Below are positions 19,957 to 29,136 of a stretch of DNA of 64,000 bases, in pieces (positions within the stretch are counted from its first letter, which is position 1; each line of letters starts with the position of its first letter). The stretch spans positions 2,886 to 66,885 of the forward strand of contig JAOAHH010000052.1 in NCBI GenBank assembly GCA_026415325.1. The letters run 5' to 3'. The translations under genes and the position numbers were made by a program. Below the pieces are notes generated by a model. The model worked only from the letters and a program-made list of their open reading frames with translations. It was not told where the DNA came from and did no database searches. The DNA comes from Thermodesulfobacteriota bacterium (GTDB lineage Bacteria; Desulfobacterota; WTBG01; CAIYCZ01; CAIRTM01).

Positions 19957-21838
19957 GGGCTGCGTGCTGTGCCGAGAAGAAGTTTTGGACCGCGGCTGCG
20001 ATGCCGTGTGCATCGATGCCGTATCGGGAACGGAGCAGTGTTTGCGAACCGTGCTCGACGAAGACGTCCGGAATGCCGAGCCGCACCACCGGCGGCAGCG
20101 GACCAGAGGCTGCGAGGGCTTCAAGTACCGCAGAGCCAAATCCGCCGTGCAGCACGTTTTCCTCAACGGTGACAATGACCTTGACCCGATGCGCATACGA
20201 GCACAACGTATGGGTGTCAAGCGGCTTGATATATCGGCTATTAATGACTGTGCAGGTAATCCCTGTTTCTGCAAGAATATCGGCGGCGCCGAGTGCCGGC
20301 ATGACAGTGTTGCCGATTGCAACCAGTGCGGCATCAGTACCGTGTCGCAGCACCTCGGCGAGGCCGACGGGGATCATCGTGAACTCAGGATCGAGGGGCA
20401 CTCCGATACCGGTGCCACGCGGATACCGGATTGCAACAGGCCTGCCGAGCTGCACGGCGGTATAGAGCATGTGCTGGAGTTCGTTTTCGTCTTTGGGCGC
20501 CATAAATATAAGGTTCGGGATGGAGCGAAGATATGCGATGTCAAAAAGGCCATGGTGCGTGGCGCCGTCCTCACCGACAATACCGGCGCGGTCAAGGACC
20601 AGCACGACCGGGAGATTTTGGAGGCATACATCGTGGAGCACCTGATCATAGGAGCGCTGCAAAAACGTTGAATAAATTGCTGCTACCGGTCGGAGCCCCG
20701 ATGCCGCCATCCCTGCTGCAAACGTTATTGCATGCTGTTCGGCAATGCCCACATCGAAAAAGCGTTCCGGAAACATCTGCGCAAATCGGTCGAGCCCTGT
20801 CCCACTGGTCATGCCGGCGGTTATTGCAACAACCCGCTGATCCATTGCCGCGATGCGGGTCAGCGTGCTCCCAAATACATCGGTATAGGAGGGAATGTCA
20901 GCGTTTTTGCGGGGCGTTCCGGTTGCTTTGTCAAATGGCCCTACACCATGAAACAATACAGGATTTCGCTCGGCAGGCTCATACCCTTTCCCCTTTTTTG
21001 TGACGACATGCAACAGCACGGGCCCGCGGAGGTTTTTGATATTATGCAGATCATCGATCAGCAGTTCAATTTTATGCCCCAGCACCGGACCGATGTACTT
21101 AAACCCAAGCTCGTCAAACAGCAGACCCGGCACGAACAAACTTTTGAAAAAGTCCTCAGAATGGCGCGCAAACCGGTATGCTGACGGACCGACAAGGGGC
21201 ATATTCTTGAGAAAGGTTTTCAGCTCTTCCCTGAACCGGTTATAAATTTGTCCTGAAATCAGGCGTGACAGGTATGAGGAGAGCGCACCGACATTTGGGG
21301 AGATGGACATCTCGTTATCATTGAGAATGACGATGATGTCTTCTTTGATATGGCCTGCATGATTGAGCGCCTCGAATGCCATGCCGGCGGTGAGGGATCC
21401 ATCGCCGATTACTGCAATAACGTTGTACTGTTCGTGCAAAAGCGCACGAGACCGCGCCATGCCGAGAGCCGCCGAAATCGAGGTGCTGCTATGACCGGTA
21501 TTGAAACAGTCGTACGAACTTTCCTCACGCTTGGGAAAACCGCTCAAGCCGCCGAATTGCCGGAGGGTATGGAATGCCTGGCGGCGCCCGGTAATGATTT
21601 TGTGGGCATAGGTTTGATGACCGACATCCCAAATGATCTTGTCGCGCGGCGTATCAAACACATAATGCAGTGCAATGGTCAGTTCAACAACGCCAAGGCT
21701 AGCGGCAAGATGACCGCCGGTGCGCGATACTGTGTCGATGATCAGATCGCGGATTTCCTGTGCAAGGACGGGAAGATCTTTCACGGACAGATGTCGCACA
21801 TCTTCCGGTGAAGCAATTGTTTCAAGCAATGTCCCCAT
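19925..21838 (-). CDS. dxs: 1-deoxy-D-xylulose-5-phosphate synthase
   Basis: Full-length DXS-like sequence with TPP-binding GDG...N motif (IGDGSLTAGMAFEALNHAG). Confidence 0.95.
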   Translation of the reverse strand: MGTLLETIASPEDVRHLSVKDLPVLAQEIRDLIIDTVSRTGGHLAASLGVVELTIALHYVFDTPRDKIIWDVGHQTYAHKIITGRRQAFHTLRQFGGLSGFPKREESSYDCFNTGHSSTSISAALGMARSRALLHEQYNVIAVIGDGSLTAGMAFEALNHAGHIKEDIIVILNDNEMSISPNVGALSSYLSRLISGQIYNRFREELKTFLKNMPLVGPSAYRFARHSEDFFKSLFVPGLLFDELGFKYIGPVLGHKIELLIDDLHNIKNLRGPVLLHVVTKKGKGYEPAERNPVLFHGVGPFDKATGTPRKNADIPSYTDVFGSTLTRIAAMDQRVVAITAGMTSGTGLDRFAQMFPERFFDVGIAEQHAITFAAGMAASGLRPVAAIYSTFLQRSYDQVLHDVCLQNLPVVLVLDRAGIVGEDGATHHGLFDIAYLRSIPNLIFMAPKDENELQHMLYTAVQLGRPVAIRYPRGTGIGVPLDPEFTMIPVGLAEVLRHGTDAALVAIGNTVMPALGAADILAETGITCTVINSRYIKPLDTHTLCSYAHRVKVIVTVEENVLHGGFGSAVLEALAASGPLPPVVRLGIPDVFVEHGSQTLLRSRYGIDAHGIAAAVQNFFSAQHAAHGAQASGASR

Positions 21839-21852
21839 GAACAGGTCCTCTG

Positions 21853-22743
21853 CTATGATGAGCGCTCGACGATAACGCGGGCAATATGGCGCAACGGATC
21901 GGCTTCTTCTTGAAAGACGTCAAGCGCCGTGAGCGCCTTATGGTAGAGCCGTTTTTGTGCAATCCGCGCCTCTTCAAGTCCGATGATTGAGGGATAGGTT
22001 GCCTTGCCGCGCTTTTGGTCAACACCCGCTGTTTTCCCCATTGTTTCTGACGTCCCCGTGACATCGAGAATATCATCGGTGATTTGAAAGGCAAGCCCAA
22101 TTGCATCGCCGTAGGTTTTAAGAGCGTCGAGATACCGGGCAGGTGTTGTCGCCGTACTGGCAAGCAGGGCACCCAACATCACAGATGCGGTGATCAGACA
22201 CCCCGTTTTGTGGTGGTGAATGTATTCGAGTGTTTCCCGGGATACGGTTTTGCCTTCAGAAAGAATGTCGACAACCTGTCCCCCAACAATGCCGCGCGGA
22301 CCGCATGCTTCGGCAAGCATATGGATAACCTGAAGCAGTTTCTCAGGCCGGTGGCGGGTGCTGCCGGCAAGCACGGCAAACGCTTCGGCCTGAAGTGCAT
22401 CACCGGCAAGTATAGCGATTGCTTCACCGTACACCGTATGCATGGTCGGGCGGCCACGCCTGAAATCGTCATCGTCCATCGACGGCAGATCATCATGGAC
22501 CAGCGTATAGGTATGGATGAGTTCGAGCGCGCATGCTTCCCGCACTACATCATCCGGCCTGCCACCGAGTGCCTCGGCGGCAGCAAGCGCAAGGATCGGT
22601 CTGATTCGTTTTCCACCGGCAAACACACAGTACCGCAGCGCCTCGTGCAGCTCGGGTGGCGTTGTCGCGCAGTGCCCCAGCAGACGATCGAGCTCTGCAT
22701 CGACCATCTGTTTTCTGTCATTGAGATAACGTGCGCCGTCCAT
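21853..22743 (-). CDS. ispA: polyprenyl (farnesyl/geranylgeranyl) diphosphate synthase
   Basis: First and second aspartate-rich motifs (LVHDDLPSMDDDD, FQITDDILD). Confidence 0.9.
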   Translation of the reverse strand: MDGARYLNDRKQMVDAELDRLLGHCATTPPELHEALRYCVFAGGKRIRPILALAAAEALGGRPDDVVREACALELIHTYTLVHDDLPSMDDDDFRRGRPTMHTVYGEAIAILAGDALQAEAFAVLAGSTRHRPEKLLQVIHMLAEACGPRGIVGGQVVDILSEGKTVSRETLEYIHHHKTGCLITASVMLGALLASTATTPARYLDALKTYGDAIGLAFQITDDILDVTGTSETMGKTAGVDQKRGKATYPSIIGLEEARIAQKRLYHKALTALDVFQEEADPLRHIARVIVERSS

Positions 22744-22979
22744 TACAACGATTCCGGCTCGTCGTCAAAGGGTCGTTCATAGGAATTGCCCTGTTCGTCC
22801 TTGAGCAGCACGGCAACCTTTTTTTCGGCTTCTTCGAGTTTTGCCGAACAGAAGCGTGACAGCTTCATGCCCTCCTCAAAAAGGCTGATCGCCTCTTCAA
22901 GCGGCAGTTTTTCATCTTCAAGCCGCCGCACAATCGCCTCAAGTTCGGCAAGGGCGTCTTCAAATTTCTTCTTTGCCAT
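22743..22979 (-). CDS. xseB: exodeoxyribonuclease VII small subunit
   Basis: 78-aa coiled-coil protein with the FEDALAELEAIVRRLE signature. Confidence 0.9.
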   Translation of the reverse strand: MAKKKFEDALAELEAIVRRLEDEKLPLEEAISLFEEGMKLSRFCSAKLEEAEKKVAVLLKDEQGNSYERPFDDEPESL

Positions 22980-23025
22980 ATTATGCTCGCTTGGTTGTTG
23001 TAGAATGACGTGCGACCATCTTGTT

Positions 23026-24348
23026 TTACTGTACCACTCTTTTTACAAGACAGTCAATGCTTCCGCGTGACAAGGTTATCCTGACCATATCGCCTGGCTG
23101 GAGAACATCAGAGGAGCGGACAATCGTCATCGACGGCAACAGCCGCGTGATACTGAACCCGCGGTCAAGAATTGCAGCGGGGCTTAGGGCACTGAGCCGT
23201 CCCGCTACCTGCGCAACATGGTTTGCCCGTGCCAGCAGGAATGTTCGGATGGCATTGCGGAGGCGGTGCATGGTGTGCGAAAGAGTGGCGATCTCTGCCT
23301 GACAGATACGGTGCGGTGACCGTGAGCGGAGAATGCGTTGCAGGGCGGTCAGTCGGACGTGATCGCTGAGCACGACATGCCGGAGCGCGCGGGAGAGTCG
23401 AGCAGCGAGCTCATCCTGTCTGATGAGCAGGGTGGCAAGGTTTTGAGGCCATCGTGAGAGGACGCGGATATGATAACAGATGAGATCCCGTTGCCGAGCG
23501 ATGTGCCGATTGATTGCAGTGTGCATCCGATTGTCCAGCATCCCGATCAGCGAAAAAAGCTCTTTTTTGTCACGCACAACCAGTTCGGCTGCAGCAGAAG
23601 GGGTCGGCGCACGCAGATCGGCAACAAAATCGGCAATGGTCACGTCGGTTTCATGACCGATCGCCGAAATGACCGGCAGCGTTGATGCAGCGATCGCCCG
23701 AGCGACCTTTTCAGTATTAAAGGGCTGAAGATCTTCAAGCGAGCCGCCGCCGCGGGCAAGGATAATCACATCGGCGCAGCGCAGACGATTCACTGTTTCT
23801 ATTGCGTCAACAATCTCATCGGGAGCCTCTGCGCCTTGGACCCGTACCGGTACGACAAGAATCGCGACCGTATTACAGCGGCGCTGCACGATGCGGATAA
23901 TATCATGCACAACGGCACCGGTCGGGGAACTGATGACAGCGATTTTTGCAGGCAACATCGGCAGGGGCTTTTTTCGTGCAGCGTCAAACAGCCCTTCCTG
24001 TGCAAGTTTGTGCTTTAATTGTTCAAAGGCGCGCTGCAAGGCACCGATACCGTGTGGCTCGAGCGACGAAACGATCATCTGATATTCGCCGCGGGGTTCA
24101 TATACGCTGATGCTCCCGCGGCAGAGCACATGCATCCCCTCTTCAGGAGCCATGAGCAGCGCTCTACTTTGCAAGCGGAACAGCACCGCTCTGATCTGTG
24201 AGGCATTGTCTTTCAATGTGAAGTAGCAGTGGCCCGAAGCCGGTATGCGTACGTTTGATATTTCGCCCTCAACCCAGATGTCAGGATACAAGGGTTCCAG
24301 TGATTGCCTGATGTGACGGTTTAGCTCTGAAACAGTAAATACCATCAT
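23026..24348 (-). CDS. xseA: exodeoxyribonuclease VII large subunit
   Basis: OB-fold N-terminus (VSELNRHIRQSLE...VWVEGEISN) and catalytic core. Start set to the internal ATG at 24348. Confidence 0.9.
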   Translation of the reverse strand: MMVFTVSELNRHIRQSLEPLYPDIWVEGEISNVRIPASGHCYFTLKDNASQIRAVLFRLQSRALLMAPEEGMHVLCRGSISVYEPRGEYQMIVSSLEPHGIGALQRAFEQLKHKLAQEGLFDAARKKPLPMLPAKIAVISSPTGAVVHDIIRIVQRRCNTVAILVVPVRVQGAEAPDEIVDAIETVNRLRCADVIILARGGGSLEDLQPFNTEKVARAIAASTLPVISAIGHETDVTIADFVADLRAPTPSAAAELVVRDKKELFSLIGMLDNRMHTAINRHIARQRDLICYHIRVLSRWPQNLATLLIRQDELAARLSRALRHVVLSDHVRLTALQRILRSRSPHRICQAEIATLSHTMHRLRNAIRTFLLARANHVAQVAGRLSALSPAAILDRGFSITRLLPSMTIVRSSDVLQPGDMVRITLSRGSIDCLVKRVVQ

Positions 24349-24476
24349 GTGCAGCCTCACAACTCGTAATACACGTTGCTCGGAGCGTAGCATAGACCCG
24401 GACATCAGTTCAAACAAAAATTAAGGACATCATCGTTCCGGTATGGAATGCTGTGCGGGCACACCCCAGATGAGTA

Positions 24477-24504
24477 CTTGACAAACCATGAATTCATTCT
24501 ATAT
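24477..24504 (+). promoter_or_regulatory. near-consensus orphan sigma-70 promoter (TTGACA-16 nt-TATATT), no protein gene downstream for ~550 nt
   Basis: TTGACA at 24477-24482 and TATATT at 24499-24504, read directly. Confidence 0.5.
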
Positions 24505-24511
24505 TTGAAAC

Positions 24512-24660
24512 CGGAAGGAGGTGGATAACAGCTCAATAGAATTTGAGCAGGGCAAAAGGTAGTACGGGGAACCCCAGAGAAAACGATTGATATACCCAAG
24601 CAGGGAATAACAGAGGAAACTTTATAAAGCATTTTTTTGATAATCCACCTCCTTCCTTTT
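24512..24660 (+). ncRNA. candidate ~150-nt structured small RNA or leader-like element
   Basis: Predicted TSS coincides with the 5' arm GGAAGGAGGTGGAT (24512-24525). That arm is perfectly complementary to ATCCACCTCCTTCC (24642-24655), which is followed by TTTTT. Internal hairpins GCTCAA-TAGAAT-TTGAGC and GGGGAACCCC. No Rfam-type identity could be assigned by eye. Confidence 0.3.
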
Positions 24661-24837
24661 TGATGTGAAAATATTATTAATGTCTGGGATGTGCGAGAGC
24701 CGTCAGAAAGGGCAAAATCCATCATAATAAGGCATAAGCTCTTTGGTCACTGCGACCCGTGGTAGAGCTAAGGTCGTGCAGGCCTCTTTAATAGTAAGGG
24801 TTTTTTGCCATATGACGGATCGGCATTCCGGATCTTA

Positions 24838-24877
24838 CAAAAGCCCTTTAAGGATGCCCTTAAGGGGCTTTTGCTTT
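24838..24877. terminator. bidirectional rho-independent terminator (AAAAGCCCTTTAAGG-ATGC-CCTTAAGGGGCTTTT, flanked by A-run and T-run)
   Basis: 14/15-bp stem with A4 upstream and TTTTGCTTTT downstream. Confidence 0.6.
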
Positions 24878-25056
24878 TCACCACACCCCTCCATTATCGG
24901 ATCGCCGGTTTAGCACTCTGTGGTTGAATTTTTTAGTGCCACACCGTATGATGCAACAACAATAACCACGCCACCAGACGTAGCCATTGCGTATCCCCAT
25001 TATGTTATGTAATGTGGCTGTGGAAGAGTGTAGGCTGATCGATTTCCATTGGGCTC

Positions 25057-28000
25057 ATGGACGCTACGGATAAACGCTCACCGATGTGGATTAAACTGCT
25101 TGGCTGGTATGTGGCATGTATGCGACTTTTGTTGTGGGTCACGCTGGTCGGGCTGGTTGCCTATGAATTGAAGACATCGCGGATCCAAGCAGCGTTTTTC
25201 TCACACCTTGCGCCCCATCTTACGTTCTGGGTTGGCCCGGGGGCTAGCACGGCGGTGCGGTTTCCTGCAGCCGGTCCCTCTGATGAGCGGCGCGGTTATG
25301 TGCATATTCCCCGCATGGTGCGATCGTTGCAAGAACAGGGATATGCAGTTGCAGCGCAGGCACGGTTTTCTCCATTACTTATCAACGTGACGGATGCAGG
25401 CCTGTTTACCCCGTATCATGAAAAAGATCAGGCTGGCCTCCAGCTCTTTGACCGACACGGACGGAATATTTTCAGTTTCATGTGCCCGTCCCGAATCTAT
25501 CCTTCATTTGAAGCAATTCCCTCTACACTGGTCAAATCACTGTTGTTTATCGAGAATCGAGAACTGCTCGATTTTCGGTATCCCTATCGCAATCCTGCAA
25601 TCGACTGGCGACGGCTTGCCAATGCAGCGATCCACCATCTGCTCATAAATGGCAACGGCAGGGGGCCGGGCGGCAGCACACTTGCGACGCAGATCGAAAA
25701 GTTTCGGCACTCGCCGGAAGGGCGCACCAGCAGCGTGAGCGAAAAATTTTTGCAAATGGGATCCGCCACGCTTCGCGCCTATCTTGATGGTCCCGTGACC
25801 CTTGACAGTCAGTGTCGTATTATCCGGGAATATGTCAACACAATACCGCTTGGCGCATTTCCTGGTTACGGTGAAATCATTGGTCTGGGTGACGGATTGT
25901 GGGCATGGTACAGCGCTGATTTCGACGCCGTCAATCGTTATCTCTCATGCCGGCTTCACGAACATAACGATCCCCGACGGAATGCTTGGGGTCTGGCGTT
26001 TAAACAGGTACTCAGCCTGTTTATCGCACAGCGCCGTCCGAAGAGTTACCTTCGTGACAATCTTGAAGCGCTTGAGTCACGCACGGAACAGTATCTCGGA
26101 CTGCTTGAGCGGGAAGGTATTATCAGTACCGCAGAATATGATGCAGCACTTCGGGCACGGTTGGAGTTGCGGCGTAGCATCCCACGTCAGTATGAGGGAT
26201 CGTTTCTTGAACGCAAGACCGCCTATACCCTCAGATCGCGGCTGCTCTCTTTGCTCGACATACCGCAGTTCTACGTGCTTGATCGGTGTGATATAGCGGC
26301 AACCAGCAGCATCGATGCAGGGGCACAAGAAGATATCACGTGGTTTCTCCATCAGCTGAAAAACCCATCGATTGCACGGGATAGCGGGTTGTATGGCGAG
26401 CACATGCTGCAGGAGCAGGATCCCAACAATATTGTTTATAGTTGCACCCTCTATGAACGCACCGATACCGGCAACATGCTTCGTATCCAGACTGACAATT
26501 ACGAACAACCGCTCAATATCAATGAAAGCATCAAGCTGGAGCTCGGCTCCACCGCAAAGTTGCGCACCCTCATTACCTATCTGGAAATTATAACAGAACT
26601 GTATCGGAGCTATGTCGGCAGAGATTCCGATGAACTCATGGCGCTTGCCGGCGATGATGTTGATGATCTCACACGCTGGGCAACAACGTGGCTCGCGCGC
26701 GCCGGGCAGGTTCCGCTTAGCACGATGCTCGATGCAGCGCTTGACCGCATGTATTCAGCACATCCTGGCGAGTCATTTTTCACCGGAGGGGGGCTGCACC
26801 GGTTTGAAAATTTCAACCCGCACGACGATAACCGGACGATGACGGTACGCGAAGCCTTTCATAAATCGGTCAATTTGGTATTCATCAGGATTATGCGAGA
26901 CATTGTTCGGTACTATATCGTGCAACGACATGCGTCACTGCATGGGCTCCGCAAAGACCACCAGATTTCTGAGCGTCGCGACTATCTGGTTCGGTTTGCC
27001 GAGCAGGAAGGGAAAAAATATCTGACACGGTTTTATCAGAAATACCGTTCGCTGCCGACGATGGCGGCACTGCAGGCGCTCGTGAGCACCATACAACCTT
27101 CGCCGATCCGGCTTGCCGTCATCTTCAGGTCGGTTTTACCGGAAGCAGATATGCAGAGGTTTGCCGCATTTGTACGAGACAATCTTCCGCAATCAGAGTT
27201 GTCGGAACAAACGCTTGCAACGCTGTACCGACGCTATACCATCGATGCCTATTCATTGGTTGATCGCGCGTATCTCGCACGGGTGCATCCCTTGGAGCTC
27301 TGGACAGTCGCCTATCTGCACCGCTCTCCCCAGGCAACGCTTAGCGATATCATCCGGGACAGCACAGAAGAGCGACAGGCAGTCTACCAGTGGCTTTTTA
27401 AAACCCGCAACAAAGAAGCTCAGGATGTGCGCATCCAGATTGTGATGGAAAACGAGGCATTTCAGGAGATTCACCGAAGCTGGAAACGTCTTGGCTATCC
27501 GTTTGATTCCCTTGTGCCCTCATACGCAACCGCTATCGGCAGTTCGGCAGACCGGCCTGCCGCACTTGCAGAACTTGTCGGTATCATCCTGAATGACGGT
27601 GTTCTGCTCCCTACGTTGAGTATGCAACAGATTCATATTGCGCCGCACACACCGTATGAAACGCTGGTGGTGCCGGCACCCCGGCATGGCGAGCAGGTGC
27701 TGGTACCTGAAATTGCCCGAGCCGTACGGCGCGAGCTTCAAGGTGTTGTCCAGCGGGGAACGGCAACGAAACTGCGGGGAGTGTTTTGCGCACCGGACGG
27801 CACGCCCTACCCAATTGGTGGCAAGACCGGCACTGGTGATAACCGCTATGATGTGTATAACAGTGAAGGAGTGCTCGTAAAATCACGCGTTGTCAACCGG
27901 ACTGCGACATTTGTTTTTTTCATCGGCGATCGTTTTTTTGGAACGATAACCGCATATGTTGAAGGCCCTGATGCAGCGCGCTACCGCTTCACCAGCTCTT

Positions 28001-28173
28001 TGCCGGTGCAGGTGTTAAAAGCCATGGCGCCAAAGCTGATGCCATTGCTGTCGGGCAGCACGATCACCTCCTCCGACGATTACGATGTACGTACAGCGGC
28101 TCCACGCAGTTTGCCTTCGGAGATGAACGATTCGATCAACAGCAGGAGGAGCGCGGCTGCAACAAACCACTGA
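25057..28173 (+). CDS. class A penicillin-binding protein (GT51 transglycosylase + transpeptidase), atypically long (1038 aa)
   Basis: N-terminal TM. GT51 motifs (FIENRELLDFRY, GGSTLATQIEKF, RIIREYVNTIPLG). Transpeptidase SxxK (GSTAKL) and KTGT motifs. Long low-similarity linker between the two domains. Confidence 0.8.
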   Translation: MDATDKRSPMWIKLLGWYVACMRLLLWVTLVGLVAYELKTSRIQAAFFSHLAPHLTFWVGPGASTAVRFPAAGPSDERRGYVHIPRMVRSLQEQGYAVAAQARFSPLLINVTDAGLFTPYHEKDQAGLQLFDRHGRNIFSFMCPSRIYPSFEAIPSTLVKSLLFIENRELLDFRYPYRNPAIDWRRLANAAIHHLLINGNGRGPGGSTLATQIEKFRHSPEGRTSSVSEKFLQMGSATLRAYLDGPVTLDSQCRIIREYVNTIPLGAFPGYGEIIGLGDGLWAWYSADFDAVNRYLSCRLHEHNDPRRNAWGLAFKQVLSLFIAQRRPKSYLRDNLEALESRTEQYLGLLEREGIISTAEYDAALRARLELRRSIPRQYEGSFLERKTAYTLRSRLLSLLDIPQFYVLDRCDIAATSSIDAGAQEDITWFLHQLKNPSIARDSGLYGEHMLQEQDPNNIVYSCTLYERTDTGNMLRIQTDNYEQPLNINESIKLELGSTAKLRTLITYLEIITELYRSYVGRDSDELMALAGDDVDDLTRWATTWLARAGQVPLSTMLDAALDRMYSAHPGESFFTGGGLHRFENFNPHDDNRTMTVREAFHKSVNLVFIRIMRDIVRYYIVQRHASLHGLRKDHQISERRDYLVRFAEQEGKKYLTRFYQKYRSLPTMAALQALVSTIQPSPIRLAVIFRSVLPEADMQRFAAFVRDNLPQSELSEQTLATLYRRYTIDAYSLVDRAYLARVHPLELWTVAYLHRSPQATLSDIIRDSTEERQAVYQWLFKTRNKEAQDVRIQIVMENEAFQEIHRSWKRLGYPFDSLVPSYATAIGSSADRPAALAELVGIILNDGVLLPTLSMQQIHIAPHTPYETLVVPAPRHGEQVLVPEIARAVRRELQGVVQRGTATKLRGVFCAPDGTPYPIGGKTGTGDNRYDVYNSEGVLVKSRVVNRTATFVFFIGDRFFGTITAYVEGPDAARYRFTSSLPVQVLKAMAPKLMPLLSGSTITSSDDYDVRTAAPRSLPSEMNDSINSRRSAAATNH

Positions 28174-29096
28174 AAGCGCTCTTCCCATCGTTTTGTGCGG
28201 GTTGCGGAAAGCTCGGTGCGCTCCATGCCGGCGCGGATGTTTTCGCGGTATATGGTGTGTAAATCCATATCACCCGTCACCGAGCGCACATAGGTGCCCC
28301 CTGTTTCCAATGCTATCTGTTGCAGCATCTGCTCGTTGAGTTTGCTGACCACGACATTGCCGCGCTGGTCTTTGAGAAATCCACTCCCTTCAGGCTGCGG
28401 CACTGGTGCGCCGGTATCGCTGCCGATACCGATGGTGAAAATCTTAATCCCGCGTTTTTTTGCTTCCCGTGCAACCGCGAGCGGATCGGTGTCGTGGTCT
28501 TCGCCGTCGGTGATCAGTATAACGGCCTTTGATGTGCGTTCGTGTCGGGTGAAGGCGGTGATCGATGCGCGCAGCGCATCGCCGATCGCGGTGCCGGGCA
28601 CCGGAATGAGATCTGGACCGAGATGCTCCAGAAACATCCTGCAGGCACCATAGTCAAGCGTGAGTGGACACTGCACGAACGCAGTGCCTGCAAAGGCAAC
28701 AAGGCCGATGCGGTCTCCTTCAAGCATGCCGATCAAATCATGAATCTTTCGTTTGGCGCGCTCAAGCCGATTCGGTTCGATATCGGTTGCCAGCATGCTT
28801 TTTGATACATCAACCGCTATGATGATATCGACGCCGCTGCGCTGCACGGTTTCCCAATGGAACCCCCACCGTGGCCTCATCAGAGCCCCGGCAATGCACA
28901 GGACGGCCATAAGCATTAATACTGCTTTGCACTGTTGTCGGCGCCGCGTACCGGCAGGGACGAGCCGTTCGGCTAATTCTTCACCGCACAAGGCCTTCAG
29001 GGCAGCATCTTTCTTTAAGAATGCATAGAGGTACAGCATGATAAGAGCCGGAACAATCCAGAGGATATGGATATATGCAAGATTGCCGAACGTCAT
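28080..29096 (-). CDS. vWA-domain membrane protein, BatB-like
   Basis: TM - vWA (DVSKSM MIDAS motif) - C-terminal TM. Start set to the internal ATG at 29096 (MTFGNLAYIHILW...), verified. Confidence 0.8.
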   Translation of the reverse strand: MTFGNLAYIHILWIVPALIMLYLYAFLKKDAALKALCGEELAERLVPAGTRRRQQCKAVLMLMAVLCIAGALMRPRWGFHWETVQRSGVDIIIAVDVSKSMLATDIEPNRLERAKRKIHDLIGMLEGDRIGLVAFAGTAFVQCPLTLDYGACRMFLEHLGPDLIPVPGTAIGDALRASITAFTRHERTSKAVILITDGEDHDTDPLAVAREAKKRGIKIFTIGIGSDTGAPVPQPEGSGFLKDQRGNVVVSKLNEQMLQQIALETGGTYVRSVTGDMDLHTIYRENIRAGMERTELSATRTKRWEERFQWFVAAALLLLLIESFISEGKLRGAAVRTS

Positions 29097-29136
29097 GATC
29101 GTGTGCCTCGCTGTGTTTTGATTGACCTGTTTGAGG

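Noticed and set aside
19957-20334. N-terminal 126 codons of the 376-aa TlyA ORF
   Set aside because: Antisense to the dxs coding region. TlyA homology begins at the internal ATG at 19956.
24510-24540. SRP (4.5S) RNA, based on CCGGAAGGAG resemblance to domain IV
   Set aside because: The downstream AGCAGCCAAGGCAG-type sequence is absent, and the 3' partner strand is an exact inverted repeat. This is not SRP-like.
24405-24725. 106-aa minus-strand ORF in the xseA/PBP intergenic gap
   Set aside because: Low-complexity translation with no start context. It lies across the promoter and hairpin elements and is most likely non-coding.
24750-24775. tRNA-like fragment (GTGGTAGAGC D-loop-like)
   Set aside because: No acceptor stem, anticodon arm or T-loop can be folded. 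This is a chance match.
24700-24780. Possible cobalamin riboswitch (GGGCAAAATCC ... GGTCACTG)
   Set aside because: Only two short, imperfect box-like matches. The conserved GCCACTG is altered, the downstream gene (a PBP) is not a B12-regulated type, and a terminator intervenes. Left as an unassigned fragment.
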